This document shows positions 57,231-64,000 of a stretch of DNA of 64,000 bases, in pieces. The position numbers were made by a program, and so were the translations under genes. This DNA comes from Planctomycetota bacterium (GTDB taxonomy: Bacteria; Planctomycetota; MHYJ01; WSZJ01): contig JBBTCT010000031.1 of NCBI GenBank assembly GCA_038060895.1, forward strand, positions 52,486 through 116,485. The letters are read 5' to 3'. Below the pieces are notes generated by a model. The model was not told the origin of the DNA, did no database searches, and was given only the letters and a program-made list of their open reading frames with translations. Positions within the stretch are counted from its first letter, which is position 1. Each line of letters begins with the position of its first letter.

Positions 57231-57665
57231 ATGCGGATGCCCTGGACGGCCGCGGCGGCGGCGCTTCTGGCAGGAGCGCTGGCGGCGGGAGGCGTGGAAT
57301 GGACCGTGGCGGTGCGAAGCGCGGAAGTGAAAGAGAAGGCGTCGGGACTTTCGCGCGGAACGTCCCAGCTCAGCCACGGCGAGGACGTGGATGGGGTGCT
57401 GGAGGGCGACTGGGTCCGACTCACCGAAAAAGAACACCAGGGATACATCCACCGGACGGCGCTGGCGGCCGAGGGTGAAGAGCTGAAGGATCCGTTCCTG
57501 TCGATCCGGATTGCGGGAACGTTTTATCCCGAAGACGTGCAGGCGGCGGACCAGGCCGCCAATGACTGGGTCCAGAACCCGACCGTGCGGGATACGGGGC
57601 GGGCTCCGTCGGCGTGGGCGCTCGAAGAATTCCGCGAGCAGGGCGGACTGCGGGGCCCGAAATGA
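57231..57665 (+). CDS. Exported SH3b-like protein (second copy)
   Basis: Signal peptide; 'EGDWVRL...GYIHRTAL'; ends 'EEFREQGGL', like the 55460 protein. Confidence 0.7.
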   Translation: MRMPWTAAAAALLAGALAAGGVEWTVAVRSAEVKEKASGLSRGTSQLSHGEDVDGVLEGDWVRLTEKEHQGYIHRTALAAEGEELKDPFLSIRIAGTFYPEDVQAADQAANDWVQNPTVRDTGRAPSAWALEEFREQGGLRGPK

Positions 57666-58345
57666 AAAAACTCGTGCAGACCGCTGCGGCCGGCGTCCTT
57701 GCGTGGCTCATCGCCTCCGGATGCGCGTCGGAGCCGAAGCGCGAGCCGCCGTTCGACCCGGCGACGCCGCTGACGCAGGCGGAGGAATACGCGTACGGCC
57801 GTTCGATCGCGGCCCGGCTGACGCTCGGCCACGAACTGTCGTCCGACGTCAAGGCGAGGGAATACCTGGCGCGCGTCGGCGGCGTCGTGGCGGCCGCTTC
57901 GGCACGCCCGGACCCGTACGACGGCTGGCGCTTCTATATCGTCAGGGACACGCACGTCTCGACGTGGTCCGCACCGGGCGGGTTCGTCTTCATCACCGTC
58001 GGCGCGCTGAAGGCCGCAAGAAATGAGGACGCCCTCGCAGCGCTTCTCGCGCAGGAAATGGCTCACTCCGCACTTCGCCACGCCCTCGACGGCGAGCCCG
58101 TCCTCGACATCCGCCCGACGAAGGAGTCCTGGCCCTTCACGCCCGAATGGGGCAAAGAATCCTTCCGCGCCACCTGCGACCGCGCTGCCGAAAGGGCGAA
58201 AGCCGGCTGGACGGAAGCGCAGGAGCAGGCCGCTTCGGCGTGGGCGAACGCCGCGCTGGTGGGCGCCGGGTACGCGACGGAAGAAGCGGCCGTCGCGGAG
58301 GCTCGGGTGAAGCGGTTTACGGAGGAACTCGGGGCGGTCCGATGA
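57662..58345 (+). CDS. M48-like lipoprotein, zinc motif degenerate
   Basis: Lipobox ASGC; 'SAPGGFVFIT'; 'EDALAALLAQEMAH' (HExxH changed to QExxH). Confidence 0.8.
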   Translation: MKKLVQTAAAGVLAWLIASGCASEPKREPPFDPATPLTQAEEYAYGRSIAARLTLGHELSSDVKAREYLARVGGVVAAASARPDPYDGWRFYIVRDTHVSTWSAPGGFVFITVGALKAARNEDALAALLAQEMAHSALRHALDGEPVLDIRPTKESWPFTPEWGKESFRATCDRAAERAKAGWTEAQEQAASAWANAALVGAGYATEEAAVAEARVKRFTEELGAVR

Positions 58346-58358
58346 GAGTGACACGGAG

Positions 58359-59948
58359 TTGAGCGAACGCGCCACCCGGGACCGAATCGGCCTCCTCCGC
58401 GCGGCCCTGGCCCTGACGCAGGAACGCGACGTCGAGAAGCTCCTCGCGCGCATCATGGACGAGGTCACCCGCGTCCTCGACGCCGACCGCTCCACCCTGT
58501 TCCTCTACGACTCCGAACGCCGAGAACTCTTCAGCAAGATCGCCCAGCGCGCCGAGGTCACGGAAATCCGCCTCCCGATCGGCCGCGGACTCGCGGGTCA
58601 CGTCTGCAAAACGGGCACGGCGATGGCCGTCGATGACGTTTACGACGATCCGCGCTTCACGCCCGAAACCGACCGCTCGACGGGGTACCGCACCAAGACC
58701 GTCGCTTGCGCTCCCCTCCTCACGCCCGACGGCCGCACCGTCGGCGTGCTCGAGGTCATGAACAAGAGGGAAGGCGTTTTCGACCCGGACGACGTGAAGC
58801 TGCTGACCGCGTTCGCGGCATTCTCGGCGGTTGCGATCGAAAATGCGCGGCTCTACGACGAGGACGCGCGCAAGTCCATGCAGATCCAGGCGCTCAACCG
58901 GCAGCTGAAAGACGCGCTCGAAAAGCAGACGAAGCGCCTCGCTAACGTGGAGCAGGAGCTGGAGACGTCGAAGCGCGAGCTCGGGGAACGCTTCCAGGCC
59001 CGCAACATCGTGGGGCGCGCGCCGGCGATGCTCGAGTTGCAGCGGCTGGTCGATCGCGTCGCGGCGACGGACGCGCCCATTCTCATCCAGGGCGAGAGCG
59101 GAACCGGGAAGGAGCTCCTCGCCAAGGCGATCCATTTCGGCTCGCGGCGCGCGGGGGCGGAGTTCGTGGCCGAGAACTGCGCGGCAGTGGCGGAGACTCT
59201 GCTCGAAGCGGAGCTGTTCGGGCACAAGAAAGGCGCGTTCACGGGCGCCGACCGCGACCGGCAGGGGCTGTTCGAAATCGCGTCGGGCGGCACGCTCTTC
59301 CTCGACGAAGTCGGTGACATGTCGCTCGAGATGCAGAAGAAACTGCTGCGGGCGCTTCAGGAGGGAGAAATCCGCCCCGTCGGTGCGCGGGACAACCGGA
59401 AGGTGGACGTGCGGATCCTGGCGGCGACGAACCGGGACCTGGACGTGATGATGAAAGAGGGGACGTTCCGGGAGGACCTGTACTACCGCCTGAACGTGGT
59501 GCGGCTGCGGCTTCCGGCGTTGCGGGAGCGCCGCGAGGACATCCCGATCCTGGTCGAGTTCTTCCTGGACCAGATCGCGAAGGAGTCAGGCCGGCCGCGG
59601 GCGAGCGTTTCGGACCGCGCGATGAAGGCGCTGGTGAGGCATTCGTGGCCCGGCAACGTGCGCGAGCTGCAGAACGAAATCCGGCGCGCGGCGATCATGG
59701 CCGACGGGCTGATCGATCCCGAGCACCTGTCGCCGCAGGTGCTGGGAAGCGCCGGTGCCGACGGGGTACCGACGGGCGGGACGCTGAAAGGCGCGAAGCT
59801 GTCGGTGGAGAGGAAGATGATTGAAGCGGCGCTGAAGCGGACGGGCGGGAACGTGGCGGCTGCGGCGCGCGAGCTGGGAGTGCATCGGCCGCAGCTGAGC
59901 GTGCTGATCGGGAAGCACGGGCTGAAGAGCAAGGGCGAAGAGGCGTAA
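58359..59948 (+). CDS. GAF-domain sigma-54-dependent transcriptional activator
   Basis: GAF 'DVYDDPRF...TGYRT...NKREGVFDPDD'; 'GESGTGKE', 'GAFTGA', 'LFLDEV', 'WPGNVRELQN'; Fis-type HTH. Confidence 0.95.
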   Translation: MSERATRDRIGLLRAALALTQERDVEKLLARIMDEVTRVLDADRSTLFLYDSERRELFSKIAQRAEVTEIRLPIGRGLAGHVCKTGTAMAVDDVYDDPRFTPETDRSTGYRTKTVACAPLLTPDGRTVGVLEVMNKREGVFDPDDVKLLTAFAAFSAVAIENARLYDEDARKSMQIQALNRQLKDALEKQTKRLANVEQELETSKRELGERFQARNIVGRAPAMLELQRLVDRVAATDAPILIQGESGTGKELLAKAIHFGSRRAGAEFVAENCAAVAETLLEAELFGHKKGAFTGADRDRQGLFEIASGGTLFLDEVGDMSLEMQKKLLRALQEGEIRPVGARDNRKVDVRILAATNRDLDVMMKEGTFREDLYYRLNVVRLRLPALRERREDIPILVEFFLDQIAKESGRPRASVSDRAMKALVRHSWPGNVRELQNEIRRAAIMADGLIDPEHLSPQVLGSAGADGVPTGGTLKGAKLSVERKMIEAALKRTGGNVAAAARELGVHRPQLSVLIGKHGLKSKGEEA

Positions 59949-59962
59949 CAAAGAAAGTCGGT

Positions 59963-59981
59963 GCGTACGAAACTCGTACGC
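59963..59981. promoter_or_regulatory. Palindromic putative upstream activator site
   Basis: GCGTACGA-AAC-TCGTACGC perfect 8-3-8 palindrome about 110 bp upstream of the predicted sigma-54 start. Confidence 0.55.
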
Positions 59982-60056
59982 TTTCTCGCCACTCGTTCGA
60001 GTCGTCGAGTGACGCAAACCCAAGCGGAGAAACACTTTAGCAATTCCGTCTGGTCA

Positions 60057-60072
60057 GGGCACGCGCATTGCT
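60057..60072 (+). promoter_or_regulatory. Sigma-54 (-24/-12) promoter
   Basis: GGGCACGCGCATTGCT vs consensus TGGCACG-N4-TTGCW; predicted +1 is G60083. Confidence 0.75.
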
Positions 60073-60082
60073 TTACCTGACT

Positions 60083-60189
60083 GTCGCTGGAATGGTGCGG
60101 GCCGGGCGGCGGGGCCACTGGCGCGGACCTTAGCTGTCCCGGCCCGTTATCCAGCACCGGCCCGAGGATTGTCTCCTCGGGCCATTTTT
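60083..60189 (+). ncRNA. Candidate sigma-54-dependent small RNA (~105 nt)
   Basis: Lies between promoter and terminator; 60086-60155 folds into one long bulged hairpin; no self-contained ORF with an RBS. Confidence 0.65.
60159..60189 (+). terminator. Intrinsic terminator
   Basis: GGCCCGAGGA-TTGTC-TCCTCGGGCC 10-bp stem followed by ATTTTTG. Confidence 0.85.
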
Positions 60190-60253
60190 GTTGGGGGCCG
60201 CACGCTCACCCAACGCCCCACCTCCACGGCCGGGTCTGCTACAATTTCCTCAC

Positions 60254-60655
60254 ATGCGCCTCTTCGCCTGCGCCCTCGCGCTCATCGCCGCCCTCTGCGG
60301 GTGTTCGATCGGCCCCGGTCCAGAAGACCTGGACAAGTCCCGCCCGGAGGACAAGTTCGACGTCACCCGCGCGGGCGCCGCCTTCCTCGACGGCGCCGTA
60401 CTCGTCTCCCGGATGGTCGTCCCGGGCAAGGACGAGCCCGGTGGCTACTACGAAGCTGAATTCGAGAACAAGGGCCCTTCGACGCTCTCCCTCGAGTTCC
60501 GCACGATCTGGAAAGATTCGTCCGACAACGCCCTCGGCGCCGGAGAATGGCAGGCCGTCGAAATTCCCGCAGGCCGGCGGAAGACCGTGAGCGATGAAAC
60601 AGAGGCCTGGCCGGACGCCCGCTTCGTGAAGCTCGAGGTCCGCGCCCGCCCTTGA
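60254..60655 (+). CDS. Lipoprotein, YcfL/DUF1425-like
   Basis: Lipobox 'LCGC'; 'FENKG...LEFRTIWKD...WQAVEIPAG'; own TACAAT -10 box. Confidence 0.7.
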   Translation: MRLFACALALIAALCGCSIGPGPEDLDKSRPEDKFDVTRAGAAFLDGAVLVSRMVVPGKDEPGGYYEAEFENKGPSTLSLEFRTIWKDSSDNALGAGEWQAVEIPAGRRKTVSDETEAWPDARFVKLEVRARP

Positions 60656-60701
60656 CCCTCAACGGAAGAGAGAAAACTCGCTGAAACAGAGCCACCAGAC
60701 G

Positions 60702-61970
60702 GTGATCCGGGAGAGCGTGCTGCTTGTGGGGGTCGAGCTGAAAGGGCACGAAGGGGACTTTGAAGAGCGGCAGCGCGAGCTGGCGATGCTGGTGAAGACG
60801 GCGGGAGCGACGGTGGTGGGCCAGGTGATCCAGCGGCGCGAGAAGCCGGACGCGGGGAGCTACGTCGGCGAGGGGAAGGTGACGGAGATCAAGTCGAAGG
60901 CGGAGGAGCTCGAGGCGGACACGATCGTCTTCGACCACGACCTTTCGCCGGCGCAGGTGAAGAACCTGGAAAAGGGCATCGGGCTGAAGGTGCTGGACCG
61001 GACGGAGATCATCCTCGACATCTTTGCGACGCATGCGCGGTCGAAACAGGCCAAGCTCCAGGTCGAAGTCGCCCAGCTCGAATACACGATGCCACGGCTG
61101 CGCGGGCAATGGCAGCACCTCGAGCGGATCGCGGGCGGCCGGGGAACGAGCGGAGGCATGGGAACGCGCGGGCCCGGTGAAAAGCAGCTGGAAGTCGACC
61201 GGCGGATCGCGCGCGACCAGATCGTGGCGTTGAAGCGCGAGCTGGCGGAGATCGACCTGCGGAAAACGCGGGAGGTGAAGGCGCGCGGGGAGAACTTCAC
61301 CGTCGCGCTCGTCGGCTATACGAACGCGGGCAAGAGCACGCTCATGAACCGCATCACGCACACCGACGTGCTCGTCGAGGACAAGCTGTTCTCGACGCTC
61401 GACACGAAGACTCACACGTGGAAGCTGCGCGGCGGCATGAAGGTCATGGCGAGCGACACCGTCGGCTTCATCCGCGCCCTCCCCCACCACCTCGTGGCGT
61501 CGTTCCACGCGACGCTGGAAGAAGTCATCCACGCCGACCTGCTGCTCCACGTGGTCGATGCTTCCGCGCGCGACGCGGTCGCCCACATTGCGGCCGTCGA
61601 TGCTGTGCTGAAGAAACTCGGGTGCGCGGACAAGGACCGGCTGCTGGTCTTCAACAAGATGGACGCCGTGAAGGACCGGGTCGAGTATGAAGTCCTGCGG
61701 GCGGAATTCCCCGGGGCAATCGAGATCAGCGCGCGGACGGGAAACGGGATGGAATCACTGGACGAAGAAGTGGCTCTCCACCTCGACCGGCGCCTGGTCG
61801 ACGTCTCGCTGGAAGTGTCCGTCGCGGACGGGCGGCTGCTGGCCTACCTCGCGGAGAACGCCCGGGTCACCGAGCGGACGCTGGACGGCGAAGCATGGCG
61901 CATCAAAGCCCGGCTGGCGCCGTGGCATGCCTCGAAACTGCACCGGACCGGGGGGACGCCCGTCCGCTAG
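60702..61970 (+). CDS. hflX: GTPase HflX
   Basis: 'LSPAQVKNLE', 'ILDIFA', 'RGPGEKQLE', 'GYTNAGKST', 'DTVGF', 'NKMD'. Confidence 0.97.
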   Translation: MIRESVLLVGVELKGHEGDFEERQRELAMLVKTAGATVVGQVIQRREKPDAGSYVGEGKVTEIKSKAEELEADTIVFDHDLSPAQVKNLEKGIGLKVLDRTEIILDIFATHARSKQAKLQVEVAQLEYTMPRLRGQWQHLERIAGGRGTSGGMGTRGPGEKQLEVDRRIARDQIVALKRELAEIDLRKTREVKARGENFTVALVGYTNAGKSTLMNRITHTDVLVEDKLFSTLDTKTHTWKLRGGMKVMASDTVGFIRALPHHLVASFHATLEEVIHADLLLHVVDASARDAVAHIAAVDAVLKKLGCADKDRLLVFNKMDAVKDRVEYEVLRAEFPGAIEISARTGNGMESLDEEVALHLDRRLVDVSLEVSVADGRLLAYLAENARVTERTLDGEAWRIKARLAPWHASKLHRTGGTPVR

Positions 61971-61977
61971 CCCCGCT

Positions 61978-63834
61978 TCAGAATCTCACGGTCTTCGGCG
62001 TGGACGGGAGGTCGCTCTTCGCCATCGCCCACGTGGGCACGATCCGCCCCAGGTCGAAGTGCATCTGGTCGAATCCTTTCAGGGCCGCGCGAAGGTCGTC
62101 GACGCGGTGCCGCGCCTCCTTGAGATACGCCTGCACTTCCGCATCCTTTCGTACTTCGGCTGAGATCACCGCGTCACCGCCGTTGCAGAGCCCGACGAGG
62201 CGGGCGGCGATGTTGACAGTCGAGCCGAAGTAGTCGAGGCGGTCGTTGAGCGTCACGGCGATGCACGGGCCGTAATTGATCCCGGCCTTCAGCATCAGCG
62301 GGCGTCCGCCGGCTTTCGCCTCGGCGAATTCCCGGGAAGCCTTGAGCAGCGCGCGCACTGCCGACACGGGGCGGCGGAAAACCGCCAGGACGGCGTCGCC
62401 GATCGTCTTGACGATGGCGCCGTCCTCGTCGGCGATGTGGCGCTTGAGCACATCGAAGTGCTGCATGACGAGGCCGAACGCCTTCGCGTCTCCGATTTCG
62501 CGATACATGCGGGTCGACTCGAGCAGGTCGGTGAAAAGGACGCAGAGGGAGCCGACCTCGATTTCCTCGCCGGGGCGGAGCGCTTCGCGGGCGAACAGGT
62601 CGCGGAAGACCTGGAGCCCGGTGACCTCGGCGGCGGTGACGGCGTTGTCGGACCAGGCGGTCCTCTCCAGGAGCATGAGCTGGGGAACCGAAGTTTTGTT
62701 TTCGAAACGTACGGTGGATTTCGGGGCGATGACGGTCTCGGCTGCGGGCCATCCTTCCGGCGTCGCCGCCAGCGTCGATTCCGCGGCGCCGCCGGCTTCG
62801 ACCCGCACGTGCTGGCCTCCCCGTTCAGAGCGGGCGCGGACCCTGTAGGCGCCCGGCTCCACCGCCAGCGCGATCGCGCGGCTTTCGCCCGGGGCGAGCA
62901 ACTGCTGCGCGACGATGTGCGGCGTTACCCGCGGTCCGCCGACGCAGAATTCCACGAGATCGATCTTCCGGACCGACGGGTTCGGTCGGAACGTCAGCTC
63001 GACCGACCTCTCGAAGTTCACGTCGAAGTCGATGTTGCACGAATCGCAGTGAATCTGCTTCTTCACGCCCGACAGCGTCTCGGCCACTCCTTTTGCGCCG
63101 CGGCACGACGGGCACAGCATGTCCCACCGGAAAACCAGCAACCCCGCCCTCACCGCGTGCAGGCAGATCTCGAGAACCCGCTTTCGCGACGCCCGCCAGC
63201 GGTCCGCCAGCGCATAAGGACGCAACCGCATCAGCGACAGGTCATCGCCCGTGCGCACGTATTCGAGCAGAAGCTCCACCAGGTCGGCATCCAGCGACTC
63301 ATCCCGGAGCGCCTTTCCGATCTGCGCCAGTCGAGGCTCGGCGCCCGGCGCCAGCGAAACCGCCGCCGCCGCCGTTACTTCTTCTTTCCCCGACTGCGCG
63401 ATCGCGTCGTACTTGCGGAAAACCGCGTTGAACGCGGGGTAGCTCCGCCACTTCATCTGCAGCGGGAACACCAGCTTCCCGAGCAGTCCCCGGGGGGTCA
63501 TCCAGATCTGGTAGACCAGGTGGCTCCCGCCGCCCGGCGCCGCCTCGAGGTCGGCGGCGACGCGGATCTTCTCAAGGGGGCCCGCGTGGTAGTTGCGCAC
63601 GACGCCGAACTTGCGCGGCGCCGTCCACTCGAACGGCGCCTCGTCCCACTCCAGCGTCATGCCGGAGACGTTCATCGTCAGCCGCTCGGCGCCCGGTGTT
63701 TGTTTTTCGGAGCGCTTCACTTCCGGGATACCCGTGTCCGCATTGAAGCGGTTCGTGTCGGCCACGAACGGCCACATCGCTTCCGGCGGGGACTTGAGGT
63801 CCCATTCCCAGCGGAAGTGGAGTTCCTTGTTCAT
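61978..63834 (-). CDS. Adenylate/guanylate cyclase with N-terminal SRPBCC-like and DUF5939-type domains
   Basis: 'WDMLCPSC...HCDSCNIDF...FCVGGP'; catalytic 'LFTDL', 'VKTIGDAV', 'LDYFGSTVNIAARL'. Confidence 0.9.
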   Translation of the reverse strand: MNKELHFRWEWDLKSPPEAMWPFVADTNRFNADTGIPEVKRSEKQTPGAERLTMNVSGMTLEWDEAPFEWTAPRKFGVVRNYHAGPLEKIRVAADLEAAPGGGSHLVYQIWMTPRGLLGKLVFPLQMKWRSYPAFNAVFRKYDAIAQSGKEEVTAAAAVSLAPGAEPRLAQIGKALRDESLDADLVELLLEYVRTGDDLSLMRLRPYALADRWRASRKRVLEICLHAVRAGLLVFRWDMLCPSCRGAKGVAETLSGVKKQIHCDSCNIDFDVNFERSVELTFRPNPSVRKIDLVEFCVGGPRVTPHIVAQQLLAPGESRAIALAVEPGAYRVRARSERGGQHVRVEAGGAAESTLAATPEGWPAAETVIAPKSTVRFENKTSVPQLMLLERTAWSDNAVTAAEVTGLQVFRDLFAREALRPGEEIEVGSLCVLFTDLLESTRMYREIGDAKAFGLVMQHFDVLKRHIADEDGAIVKTIGDAVLAVFRRPVSAVRALLKASREFAEAKAGGRPLMLKAGINYGPCIAVTLNDRLDYFGSTVNIAARLVGLCNGGDAVISAEVRKDAEVQAYLKEARHRVDDLRAALKGFDQMHFDLGRIVPTWAMAKSDLPSTPKTVRF

Positions 63835-63967
63835 CGGCGGGGGAGGTACGCGCGCCGGACGGGCGCGGATCCTGAGAGGGGGAGGTTAGACGGCGCAGCA
63901 CGGGATGGGAAGGGGAGGGAACGTCATGCGGCAAAACGGAAGGGGATGGGGTGCAGGCGGGCGAGGG

Positions 63968-64000
<33 letters not shown>

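Noticed and set aside
60083-60189. Possibility that the hairpin RNA is SRP RNA, a tRNA or 6S RNA
   Set aside because: No SRP GGAA-tetraloop/AGCAG motif, no T-loop or CCA, and too short for 6S with no central bubble; kept as an unknown sRNA

Overview
GC-rich bacterial chromosomal window. The gene content (prenyltransferase-repeat, secretin-N-like, LRR and TPR-expanded secreted proteins) is most like an uncultured Planctomycetota-type organism; this is inference only. Housekeeping content: a complex I cluster containing only membrane-arm genes (nuoA-H-J-K-L-M-N) followed by arginase, plus lysA, archease-rtcB, etfBA with an aminotransferase, hflX, an ABC exporter and a B12-radical SAM/GT2/methyltransferase/MFS neighbourhood. 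The most interesting part is 53.3-60.2 kb, an apparent self-contained signalling operon: a CHASE2 adenylate cyclase, two SH3-like/M48-metallopeptidase pairs and a cNMP-type GAF sigma-54 activator. One peptidase appears split, with its C-terminal plug segment on a separate lipoprotein; the other lacks its zinc ligands. Directly downstream are a palindromic activator site, a sigma-54 promoter, a ~105-nt hairpin transcript and an intrinsic terminator, i.e. a candidate unannotated sRNA output. Other notable items: a protein with three copies of an unrecognised ~85-aa domain, a sigma-54-driven pseudo-hydrolase, a family of periodic palindromic intergenic elements, many apparently leaderless genes, and a coupled gene interrupted by an amber codon. 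I saw no rRNA, tRNA, CRISPR array or intact transposase.
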